Source: Candidatus Gottesmanbacteria bacterium UBA6580
Lineage (GTDB): Bacteria; Patescibacteriota; Microgenomatia; UBA10105; UBA927
DNA: 64,000 nt
Assembly: GCA_002433895.1 (NCBI GenBank)
Contig: DJJA01000001.1
Location: 15,438-79,437 of the forward strand
Direction: 5' to 3'
Every line of letters starts with the position of its first letter. The first letter of the stretch is position 1. The position numbers and the translations under genes were made by a program. Under the pieces are notes generated by a model. It saw only the letters and a program-made list of their open reading frames with translations, was not told the origin of the DNA and searched no databases. This document shows, in pieces, positions 56,801 to 64,000 of this stretch.

Positions 56801-59800
56801 TGCATACTTGAAATCACATCCTGCACCGTGTCAACCGTCTTCGCCGCGTCAAACGCAGCTTCGGTCTCTGCATCGCTATTTTTTGCAAGCACGATGGAAG
56901 AAAGATACATCGCATTGCGATATTTTTCTTTTTGCGTACGTATCGCATTCTCAGGTTGTGCACCAAATGCCGGTATATCTGAAAACAGCAAATGAATATA
57001 CGGAAGAATATCCATAGATAGCGTTCCTCGCTTAGAGAGCGCATCTTGAATCTGTCCCAATCTCCCATTCGCCAGAACCGTTCTATTCATGGCAGTAAGC
57101 GTTTCTTCAACGTACTCTTTTGATTTACCGCCCAACAATTCTTCAAACATGCCGTCTACATCTTCAAACACCTTCCGGATCGAATCACGGTCATCCGGAT
57201 CCACTGCACGCTTTTCAATAAGCGCATAGATAAGGTTCGCACGAACAAATTTGTAATATGAAGCATAATTGCTGCCAAGATTCAAAACATCCACAAAATG
57301 ATTTAGAGAAACGTATGGTGACTTCAAATACTGAATGTCATCTGATCCCTCCATGAGGGAAATCAACATCAGAATCGGATCTGGATCGAACTCACCACGC
57401 GTCGCATTGATTTTTGTATAACGGCTATCAAATCGTGGAAATCGTTGCTGTGCAGATCGAATAATGTTTTCCCAAACCGGTCCCGGCGCAAAATCTATAC
57501 GTGACAACCCAACCGAATCGGTTGATTGGATTCTCTGAAGATGAAATCGTATGGAACGATATATATAGTACCGATAAAGCTCCATCTGAACCGAGGCATC
57601 GGATTGCGTATGGATGGCATCTATCCATATTTGACCATAACTTGTATCCACACCTGAGGTAAGCTCTGAAACAATCTGATCCGCTTGTAAAGAAAGCGGC
57701 GGAGGCATAGGCTCGCCTTTTTGATCATACGGAATAGCTTCTACGATAGAAATAATATCTTCTGGCTTCAGAGCAAACGTTATTTCGCCGAGATGATGAT
57801 CTTGCTTAAAAAGCGTCGGGATAATGTTTGTGCCATACGATGCAATCACTAAAAGCGCATGATGCCAGCGCATATATTCTATACGTGTAGTGGCGGTATT
57901 TCGTTTCTCGATCAGTGCAGTACTTAACACTCGGAGCCGGTCAGCATAATCAGGTTGTTCTACTTCAGTTCGATCATCAAATGCACGCTCCGCTTGAGAC
58001 ATCTCCGGAAGGATAAATCTATCTTGCAGATTCCGACCATCGACATGTGCATGAGTATCCACGATAGCCTGCAATACCGGAAGAATATTTTTTCGCTGTT
58101 CTGGATCACTCATGACACTTTTTAATGAACGATCCAATAACAGGTACCCATCGTTGGTTACATGGGCAAATCGTTTCGCATCACCGTCAAATGAAACATA
58201 TACCACATGAGGATATTGCCCATCCTGCATTTCAGCTGGTATATACGAGGAGTTCTCGAGAAACTCAGGTCGTAAGTACGTGTAGCCTGCTCCCTTTGTC
58301 ATGCCACGCAATTCAGGATCATCCATAAAAATAGGGATATCGGAATTCAGCGAAACAACATAGTCTTGAACGATACGTACAAGTTCAATAACTGGATTCG
58401 TACCCTCCTCAAGAGCACTAGCGGGAGCGCGCTTCACCATTATTTCAAAGGCCTCGTAGAGAACATTCGCGTGTGCGAGGAGCTCGTTCGGACGAGAACG
58501 CAGCATGTTTTTCACGAGTGTGTTCATCACGTTCATCGTCAATGCGTTCGGGTACGGCACGCCACGATCCCGCGAATACGACAAAAAGTCTTTTTGAAAA
58601 TCCAAAATAAACAGTTTTGGTTCTCCGACTGAATCCACATATATCGAATCGAAGTACACACCATTAACGGTGAGCTTTATCTCAGTCCGTTCGCCTTTTT
58701 GCGTTAATCCCGTCGTCGTATCTACCTTTAGCTGTATAGCCGGCTGAACAATATATTTATCAGGCACTACTTCATTCACACTCACGGATCCCAAAACATC
58801 TACCCCGTTCTGTGCATTTATGCGTTGTGGAGCTGCTCCATTCATCTGTACATATATATCCGCCGATTCGACATGCTGGAGTGTTTTTTGTATATCTGCG
58901 GAAACCGCCTCTGAATGTATATCTCTTGAATATATTTCCAACTCAGACCCTCGGCCGATACGCTCGATATCAGATGGGATGAGTGCTGATCGCACGTACC
59001 AAATCTCACCATTCTCATCTACCCCAAATTCCCATCGCTCACCCTGTCCATCAGGTGTCACCGTACGAAACACAACCCGATCCTCAGGACGTTTCAGATA
59101 TACAAAAATCGACTTAAATCCCGCCCCAAATTTGCCTATCGTACCGCTTTCTTCCAGGTTTCCTGTTTCACCGGCGTTTAACAGGTTATATAACCACTCC
59201 AACCCTATACCCTCTCCGAAATCCCTGACCCGTGCATATCCGTCCTCAAGTTCTACATCTACCCGTTTCTGTAGTTGTTCGCCCGTACGGAATATGTACC
59301 GATCTTCAGTATCTATACCGTTAAGAATAAGCTCGATGATCGGACGTGTATCCCAATTCGCAAACTGATGAAATGCGAGTGTACGTATGACTGACCTGGC
59401 AGTAGTAATCGCAGCTTTCGACGACGCGGTAATAAGTGATTGAATGCTACGTTTTCCTTCACGCAATGCTGCTGCAATTTCTTCCCCAGTATGACCCTGC
59501 ATCGCGCCAACAAGATCAAACAATGATATGCGATTCGGCTTGGCTACTTCACCTTGCACAATATCGTATACCTGTCGCTGTATACCAACATCTGTAATCC
59601 CCAATGTGGTGATAATTTCTTCTGCACGTTTCTGTATGCCCCGCACATCATCTGGTTGTATAGGAGTTTCTAATAATGATTGTTCCGCAACAGAGCGGAC
59701 GATACTCGCCATATTCGCGCGTCCCGTATCTACCTGCCCAAATGGCAGATTTACCGCGAGCTGTTTGGCCCACCATTCCTTCATGGTGGAGCCCAAGACG

Positions 59801-62800
59801 CCATTAGAACTGCCGTATCGTACCGCTTTCCAAAAGGACATATCGGGAAGTGCACACCCTGGTTCACCATCAACTGCATAAACAGTATTCGATGGCGCTA
59901 TCGCGACACAATCGCGTCGAAGCGCATTGATAAAGCGCCTAACTAACATTCGTATACCGGACGTGCGTGAGGCCAGATCACTCACTTGTATAGCGCTATC
60001 CACCTGACCCGCGTTCGAATTTCGTAATAATGATGTATCGTTTTCTCCGCGCGCTTGTTCTTTTGCACTCTCATCAATCTGCACTTGAGGCTTATCTTCC
60101 ATTGGATCTATACGACGATTTTGAACGCCATGATCAATTTTGTATTGCTGCAGAGTTTCTGAAGTCCAATCTGGATGTAAAACCTTTAGCAGCTGGTCTA
60201 TCCGACCCATTAGTGAAGTAATGTTTTTTTCTGCGGCAGCACGGTCATATAATGATACATTTGCGGTGATTCGTTTTCTCTCGATTTCCAATTGGGATAG
60301 TAACGACTGGATATGAGATTCCGGAGTAAATGAGTTATCATGCGTCACATTAATACCAAACCGTCCGAGTAACATGGCATAATAATCCATCCTATCCATC
60401 CCATATAGTGTCGGTGGACTTTGTAAAAATGGAATATTTGGATCCAGTCCATATGAAACTGTTGAGCGATTAGGAGCTGTTTTCTGTTGCACATACTGAA
60501 GTGGCCAAATCAAGTGGGGCAACGCCTCCGTTTTAAGAAGGATAAAACTATCAATGTGAATAGTACCGATTGTCGCATCATACGACCAATTTGAATATAT
60601 GCAATAACCCTGCATATTCATCCATGCGATCATGCTTCCATACTGCGTTGAAGTAAGCCCCGAAATACTCGTCTGTGGGCTGGAGTTTTCAACAACGATA
60701 ACACCTCCCGGCTTCAATAACTCAAAAAGCTCAGACAATGTGCCGAGTGGGTCGACGGCATAATTTAACGTATTTTTGGCAAAGATAATATCTTGCGATT
60801 CGTGCGTTATCGTAGTGCGCTGAGAAAGCGTTTCCATTTGTGCATCCTCACCGGTTATATATCGGGTATTACGCGGCAAGTCAGCAGGTGCATAGTTGAA
60901 GGCAGAAAGACCTGACACAAACACTCGATCGTTCCACCTACGTGATGATTCATATAAAAATGAAGCATCGGCGGTACCTAAATCCAAAATGTGTACAACC
61001 CTTGAGGTGTCTTGAAGTTTTGATTCTATAACATCGGTACTCGTGAAATATCTGAACTGGTATTGCGATTTCCCCTCGAAAGGATATTTGTTTATACCTA
61101 TGCCTGGGGGTCTTATAGCAATGCGATATTCTTGATCAATCAGGTCTTTTACAAATTGCGGCCTGCTTGCAGTAAAGGGGGCTGGCTGAGGTTGTCCTTG
61201 GGTAGGAACAGGATTATCATCTACTTCCGGATCCTTCTGCGGCGCGCCAAATCCAGGCACCCGCTCCCCGATCCACTCCCATACTTTACCCGCCGTGGCC
61301 ACGACGGTGGTTTGAGTTCCCCGGAAAAATGCGATCATCTGTTCCCAAGAAAACGGCATCAGGACAAAGCCCATCGGCTCGGCGGGGGTGCGCAAGCTGC
61401 TATCGATGACCGGTGCGTCTTGATCGCGTTCCGGCTGATTCACCGGCTGTTCTTCCGGTTGAATTTTTGTATACAATTCCGGGTTACTTACCCTCAAATC
61501 CTTCAGCTTCCCTACGATATGCGTGCCGGATTGATCATTAAGCGTGATATCTAGTGATGTGTTATCCAAAAATCCGTGTGAGCTCATATATGATAACAGT
61601 CGTTGCACCCCGGCAAGCGACCCCCCAATCGTCCAAATCCCGTTTGCTCCGTGAATGATCTTTGTCGTTGTCATGGGTTCGACAATGCCAGCCTTCTGGA
61701 GAAGCACATTGTGTGCTTGCGTTTGTGTCGTCCATAACAGACGACCATCTACGGTCAGCACCCCGATAAACGGTTGCTTAGCAATACCCGCGTACCGAAG
61801 ATCGCTTGCAGCTATATACGACTTTTTGTCCGTCGCAAGAGTCTCATAGGAGATTTCCGGAGAAGGAAGCATAAATTGCCATTTACCTGCTTTCATTTCA
61901 TCGTTCAGTGTCGTTCGCTCCATAACAAAGTTAGTCCCATCAAGCTGAACAAAGACGATACGAGATCGTGACACAGCTCCCACTAACAGATCTTCTTCTC
62001 CTGCATCTGTTTTTCGGACAAATGTATCACCCACGAGATACACAAAGTCATCAGACGTTCCCGCCAACACTCCGAGTGTGGTATTGGTGACACGCTGGCG
62101 TACACCTAAACCTTGTTCAACAATTACCTTGGTATCAGCGCTAAATTCCATACGAAGCAGTCGTGCAGCAAGTTCTTTTATATTCGTAAATGCCTCGTCC
62201 GGGATAGTGATGGTAAGCCCTTCTCGGTTTTGAAAGAGGTAAATATTTCCCACCAGCTCTGTTGTCGGTTCAGCGGAAGTAAATGTTATCGGATACGCCA
62301 AAAACACTTGAGGAAGCTTCGCATATGGATTGATAATTTCATCTAATTTACCTGCGGCTACGTCAGCAAGCGTCAAGGTCCCTTCACGTACCTGATCACG
62401 GAAAGCAAATGTCCAATTCGGGTAGGCGCCCTCCTGCAATAACACCCGCACGGCATAGTTCGCCAATCGTCGCCGTTCCTTGGGAGATATGCGGGCATTG
62501 TCCACTCTATCGATGCCGAGCTGACCGTTTTCAACAATGACGGCGATATAATTTGAGGGATTCCCTCCGACTGATCGTGCAATGGTATCGTGGGCAGTAT
62601 TGAATGTTCTTCCCAATATGACCCCTTGCGATGGGTCATTGATATTTATTATCGCCCGAAATGTCGCACCCTGATCCTGTAAAAATTCTCTTGATGCGGT
62701 ACCTAAAATTGCACGAAGAATTTCGCTTTGCGTTGTAGTTTCTGCCTGTAACAATTGATGGAATGTCAATACATTATCGGGATTTTGTATAAACACTCTC

Positions 62801-63999
62801 GTAGAAAGAGCCGTTCCAATGTCTGGTCTGATCGCAACCAAGTCGACTATTCTAGGATGGTTCAATATCGAAAATGCGACATCAACTAATCCGGGGTTTG
62901 CTATAAGAAACAGAAGTAACGAATGTGTATTTGTATCCGTAAGCCACGTGGGCTTACGACTCTTCTCGAAGAGGGTGAGCGCATTGGCTATCGCACTGGC
63001 GTTTTCGCTTAATGTTAATGCATATAATAGATGTGGGCGTGATTGTATCGGGATATCTTCATGCATGATACGTGCGAGTGTACCTTTACCGGCATATGGA
63101 GCAAGAATCTCATCGATCAGTCCGGCGTTTTGATCTCTTGTCCGAATAATCTGGACAGCCAAGTCATGACGATCATCCTTCGGTATGGATTCATCTGATA
63201 GGATGGTACGCACTGCCAGAATCGGCATTGATGAAAAACCTATTGATTTGAAATCACTTTGCGAGAGGTTGTGCCACAACACCTTAACCACTTCAATCCG
63301 GTTACTTCCCACAATCGACGAATCAGAAATATACTGCGAAAGGATTACGAAAATAATTGAATAATATTTCGTGATATTTTTCCTACCCAAAATTTCGAGC
63401 AGTAGTCCGCGCACATCGCTCGATTCTTTGGTAAGGAATACATCTTTCATAAGCGCCCGCATCCCTTGCTGGTCGATAACGTGCAGTCCGACCGATTCAA
63501 AATACTTCATTGTTTCAAAGGGATACCGATGCATATGCTGTGTCATAAGCTTGAGTATCCTCGGATCGGGATTTTTTATCTGCAGCCAAAGCGATTTCAT
63601 TATTTCCTTGTTTGCGTCGGTGGTGTCATCAAGCGCGAAAACCTGTTGAATAAGTTCAACCGATTCATCATCGTCTAACAATGATGAGAGTGCTTCTAAA
63701 CGGAGCTCCGTTTCCATCTGATTATCAAAGAGTAGTTCTTTAAAGAATGGAATTACTTGTTCATCCGGGCTGTCCGCCCAGGATTGCACGATTCGCAATG
63801 GGATTGTATTGGGAATTTTTTTATTTTTTACTATCTGTCGTGCAAGCCGAATCGATAGCGGATCACGCTGATCCATCGACCATAACTGCTCCACAAAAAG
63901 CGTTGTTCCCGTAAGGCTTTCCAAAAAACTATCAGGAATTGATTGATTTCCTTCTGTCGGTTGGGCAACAGATCGGTTTGCAAGAAGAAGCGGCCACAC
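50827..63999 (-). CDS. Giant (>4,390 aa) multidomain protein, N-terminus beyond the window. It carries a duplicated module ending in a SAM-methyltransferase fold, two GHKL-ATPase-like domains, a TM segment, a poly-Pro linker and a Cys-rich C-terminal HExxH domain.
   Basis: Uninterrupted 13.17 kb ORF reaching the window edge. MTase motif I VHILDLGTADAS plus LKPGGVIVVE. GHKL sets ELILNGID / RDFGEGIG / GKFGAGFKSIF and EVVTNAYEA / HDEGVGMDTE / HFGHGFFTLF. Hydrophobic MLVLSVPPLGFLVDGALKAGIWYI followed by PPPPPPP (nt ~52212-52236). About 34 Cys in the last 460 aa, with HEVMH at nt ~51150-51165. Confidence 0.85.
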   Translation of the reverse strand: MWPLLLANRSVAQPTEGNQSIPDSFLESLTGTTLFVEQLWSMDQRDPLSIRLARQIVKNKKIPNTIPLRIVQSWADSPDEQVIPFFKELLFDNQMETELRLEALSSLLDDDESVELIQQVFALDDTTDANKEIMKSLWLQIKNPDPRILKLMTQHMHRYPFETMKYFESVGLHVIDQQGMRALMKDVFLTKESSDVRGLLLEILGRKNITKYYSIIFVILSQYISDSSIVGSNRIEVVKVLWHNLSQSDFKSIGFSSMPILAVRTILSDESIPKDDRHDLAVQIIRTRDQNAGLIDEILAPYAGKGTLARIMHEDIPIQSRPHLLYALTLSENASAIANALTLFEKSRKPTWLTDTNTHSLLLFLIANPGLVDVAFSILNHPRIVDLVAIRPDIGTALSTRVFIQNPDNVLTFHQLLQAETTTQSEILRAILGTASREFLQDQGATFRAIININDPSQGVILGRTFNTAHDTIARSVGGNPSNYIAVIVENGQLGIDRVDNARISPKERRRLANYAVRVLLQEGAYPNWTFAFRDQVREGTLTLADVAAGKLDEIINPYAKLPQVFLAYPITFTSAEPTTELVGNIYLFQNREGLTITIPDEAFTNIKELAARLLRMEFSADTKVIVEQGLGVRQRVTNTTLGVLAGTSDDFVYLVGDTFVRKTDAGEEDLLVGAVSRSRIVFVQLDGTNFVMERTTLNDEMKAGKWQFMLPSPEISYETLATDKKSYIAASDLRYAGIAKQPFIGVLTVDGRLLWTTQTQAHNVLLQKAGIVEPMTTTKIIHGANGIWTIGGSLAGVQRLLSYMSSHGFLDNTSLDITLNDQSGTHIVGKLKDLRVSNPELYTKIQPEEQPVNQPERDQDAPVIDSSLRTPAEPMGFVLMPFSWEQMIAFFRGTQTTVVATAGKVWEWIGERVPGFGAPQKDPEVDDNPVPTQGQPQPAPFTASRPQFVKDLIDQEYRIAIRPPGIGINKYPFEGKSQYQFRYFTSTDVIESKLQDTSRVVHILDLGTADASFLYESSRRWNDRVFVSGLSAFNYAPADLPRNTRYITGEDAQMETLSQRTTITHESQDIIFAKNTLNYAVDPLGTLSELFELLKPGGVIVVENSSPQTSISGLTSTQYGSMIAWMNMQGYCIYSNWSYDATIGTIHIDSFILLKTEALPHLIWPLQYVQQKTAPNRSTVSYGLDPNIPFLQSPPTLYGMDRMDYYAMLLGRFGINVTHDNSFTPESHIQSLLSQLEIERKRITANVSLYDRAAAEKNITSLMGRIDQLLKVLHPDWTSETLQQYKIDHGVQNRRIDPMEDKPQVQIDESAKEQARGENDTSLLRNSNAGQVDSAIQVSDLASRTSGIRMLVRRFINALRRDCVAIAPSNTVYAVDGEPGCALPDMSFWKAVRYGSSNGVLGSTMKEWWAKQLAVNLPFGQVDTGRANMASIVRSVAEQSLLETPIQPDDVRGIQKRAEEIITTLGITDVGIQRQVYDIVQGEVAKPNRISLFDLVGAMQGHTGEEIAAALREGKRSIQSLITASSKAAITTARSVIRTLAFHQFANWDTRPIIELILNGIDTEDRYIFRTGEQLQKRVDVELEDGYARVRDFGEGIGLEWLYNLLNAGETGNLEESGTIGKFGAGFKSIFVYLKRPEDRVVFRTVTPDGQGERWEFGVDENGEIWYVRSALIPSDIERIGRGSELEIYSRDIHSEAVSADIQKTLQHVESADIYVQMNGAAPQRINAQNGVDVLGSVSVNEVVPDKYIVQPAIQLKVDTTTGLTQKGERTEIKLTVNGVYFDSIYVDSVGEPKLFILDFQKDFLSYSRDRGVPYPNALTMNVMNTLVKNMLRSRPNELLAHANVLYEAFEIMVKRAPASALEEGTNPVIELVRIVQDYVVSLNSDIPIFMDDPELRGMTKGAGYTYLRPEFLENSSYIPAEMQDGQYPHVVYVSFDGDAKRFAHVTNDGYLLLDRSLKSVMSDPEQRKNILPVLQAIVDTHAHVDGRNLQDRFILPEMSQAERAFDDRTEVEQPDYADRLRVLSTALIEKRNTATTRIEYMRWHHALLVIASYGTNIIPTLFKQDHHLGEITFALKPEDIISIVEAIPYDQKGEPMPPPLSLQADQIVSELTSGVDTSYGQIWIDAIHTQSDASVQMELYRYYIYRSIRFHLQRIQSTDSVGLSRIDFAPGPVWENIIRSAQQRFPRFDSRYTKINATRGEFDPDPILMLISLMEGSDDIQYLKSPYVSLNHFVDVLNLGSNYASYYKFVRANLIYALIEKRAVDPDDRDSIRKVFEDVDGMFEELLGGKSKEYVEETLTAMNRTVLANGRLGQIQDALSKRGTLSMDILPYIHLLFSDIPAFGAQPENAIRTQKEKYRNAMYLSSIVLAKNSDAETEAAFDAAKTVDTVQDVISSMQSKYPAEKKAELITRAKASIKRAYEQTVDDFKFLQEVVTNAYEASRNNATTPTYSVTSWLEADSRFVLSMHDEGVGMDTETIMGSLLQPNVSGWISENLHFGHGFFTLFRLGEEVRLRTTKDGKTRTLILTPVKDGDRLVDVRIVVAERDAKEGERGTTIEWVTSTENPGLFASKLWSRVGQYVGFFDPNKMKLSWNGMQVNQGVEVLATARHESGDEVSILRSAGEQSFNLNQLYLRDADESFTHSWPNIVTSILTGHGFTLNIDSADAQRLEGGGDFVGRETKIQQLKRSIIQVGIQAAAKLFVEGTIQAEWLPNDVIKEAEQYKKKIHKAIANDAASLAKGASISDWSRYSDGASANENTMLLLLSIPSIEVDGIRYSWFDAVIRGKQDAEFLAVLPQSLRDEIGVNALRETMQTEEGEEEVIAYGLLESDPSLLNDGETNAEAMRAWQTAAALYLRTVDQALQIQNEYVQEFFVKSDKSIAHAYDRLTNISWNLTQIYPMLETMHRLLGATKNEAGQWKDAQGNEIAESVILWMWNNLIDVTTHEQIHIYRKESEQAWTHTPEFYNQHLDSLSILLKLSAQGKGVNLDQMVTDLQKQYKTTTPFDVPERFKDTGDTGLFPAEPLGWVWLPISWDQIETLLHRVQDWILERVNQNGTRGINIQDANREVAPTNVSTAKLEEEIQAYYREYSLTDRTDTKRLMALYERLLSHLLGPDDTVIYPFMGTDTLIAAHAPTYWLNDDVQDYVRGDRFVRASFDASTAERLNSSARQQLQNRDQALSATDIENYRAIRESIGNKPVTFILKGFTFANGSLVDPDELLRRIVSQVLRPGDRIIALTELDAEILTRVTQGNSDIEHSLVLPIEEKLHPNVAFVEERGFYFPTAVRMGTVKERVQQGVGSPVVQDEPVQLNASVVQRENETEKPRSFESAQFGILSRIRFALSRLYIQFIHRLLPTKFIEQRAGALYTSAQAITTLSNIVGIDEQKLRTIAQQIALDLERTHPIVVQATLLRIVSQRQFFRNPATVYTDAYNPAIERLARRISEIARYELNITDKTAVVQEMLALLQSTFDGITPQTIGRRVDMGIVLIQSILQVRNTKDVRDMLREMIKTSRFSEVKRETLNQMLNVRFSEEEIVSYLPRLNDDEKQLMAQNFSDKAYREVLASLTVEELRTVDERVRGKDFIGSIGIERSDKLLVAWRLHFLPFGTLHNVDYNQQTLTMGIIDMGRLVDALRLMPWFKRPTRLIGTTNLQMAMFAIQTLGFRLDDLLEVETPQGVLYDIDALIYIYKHPELYKDPRSVNISISTGELMRVWNSNPLQRYLSRAVRNERASRLTAIMAETVGVDAEITRQATRVAIDEQQTENDQQEQVQENRPTSLPTTPLNQLPRVRIDQLTAETQDQDVVTAGKTREALEQPQARDTKSKGEVLSKAIIDTFTNPDCYAMRSEYAVFAAETTRDGICPTWGRSPRRVVRGIRNRNEREQMEADARRYVRMLVLSVPPLGFLVDGALKAGIWYITAPPPPPPPVVSQCTLGSCAENGLCPAGQQCSATGCCTQLPSYEDFVCSVDGQYLLKRTMMAPGGFSIDVNQSFRCLDGCVNNDCVQKAQMVFPEVCTEEMRRTPMLYGFDSNAGVMNSCLVIDEQATMSYYREFTCSADGSSVVERSTGNVVRTCLGNQTCKQSGDIADCLGPVGYVRPQSAVIDMVCQGNDVYLFDSDKQAAIQQVASCPVHGCQQGACIAYEGERCDRYAVPGALDINAHVSVDGMPISCNAEGNVTITDGLNKRADVITGVNNIKNQVYDALALLPPGFLKKDFEIVVYPSGILYGDDPSWQSFWQLLRGSGRDNIGGVDNNTFPYHRRILLTEQAPELMTYAVVHEVMHAYAVDQLTIPVFVPLAGFYNMFSVGQHTNTPVGFHSMIGCKPDGTYDGAPFSDYENPDCAEEFAEEGAGYVFKACELKAYNEDRYNYFKNEVFEGREYLPPQGCVN

Positions 64000-64000
64000 C

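Noticed and set aside
1-64000. Alternative genetic code (UGA recoding as in Gracilibacteria/Absconditabacteria)
   Set aside because: TGA is used as a functional stop in at least six ATGA overlaps. Every long ORF closes on TAA, TGA or TAG with sensible C-termini.
1-64000. CRISPR arrays, transposases, integrases, prophage structural genes
   Set aside because: No direct-repeat/spacer periodicity was seen. No DDE or tyrosine-recombinase motifs were recognised. The only phage-like signal is the tail-fibre-like repeat composition of the first protein, which is common in cellular surface fibres.

Overview
The whole 64 kb window is a densely packed accessory island for cell-envelope, surface-protein and glycan assembly. 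It comes from a bacterium that uses the standard genetic code, because TGA serves as a stop in several ATGA start/stop overlaps. About 41 protein-coding genes are supported. I found no rRNA, tRNA, CRISPR, transposase or integrase. The main content is listed below; the window ends with a giant, multidomain protein that I consider the most unusual feature.

- **Surface proteins (1..10007).** Two co-transcribed giant surface proteins. One is a fibre-like protein rich in Gly/Thr repeats, truncated at the window start. The other is a 2,126-aa membrane-anchored protein with four LamG-like domains, a 5-bladed beta-propeller encoded by near-identical 210-bp tandem DNA repeats, and FN3-like modules.
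- **Small secreted proteins (10111..11468).** Two coupled small secreted or membrane-anchored proteins.
- **Pilins (11745..13562).** A tandem of three type IV pilin-like genes.
- **Glycosylation island (13632..50845).** About 37 kb containing: two O-antigen-ligase-like proteins; four or five GT2 and two GT4 glycosyltransferases; a split Alg14-like/Alg13-like glycosyltransferase pair coupled to a radical SAM/SPASM enzyme; a DegT-family aminotransferase; a hexapeptide-repeat acetyltransferase; a SAM methyltransferase; an RmlC-like epimerase; a PIG-L/LmbE deacetylase; an LRR protein; and at least nine polytopic GT-C/YfhO-type membrane proteins. Three of these membrane proteins are paralogues sharing an N-terminal motif, and one is fused to an NPCBM carbohydrate-binding domain.
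- **Giant multidomain protein (50827..63999).** More than 4,390 aa on the minus strand, with its N-terminus lying beyond the window. It carries a duplicated module ending in a SAM-methyltransferase fold, two GHKL (Hsp90/sacsin-like) ATPase motif sets, a single transmembrane segment, a poly-proline linker, and a Cys-rich C-terminal domain with an HExxH zinc-peptidase motif.

Gene overlaps, leaderless-looking promoters, abundant pilins and the very large membrane-glycosyltransferase repertoire suggest a Patescibacteria/CPR-like episymbiont. This is inference only. All family assignments below come from motif recognition by eye and no database search was run.
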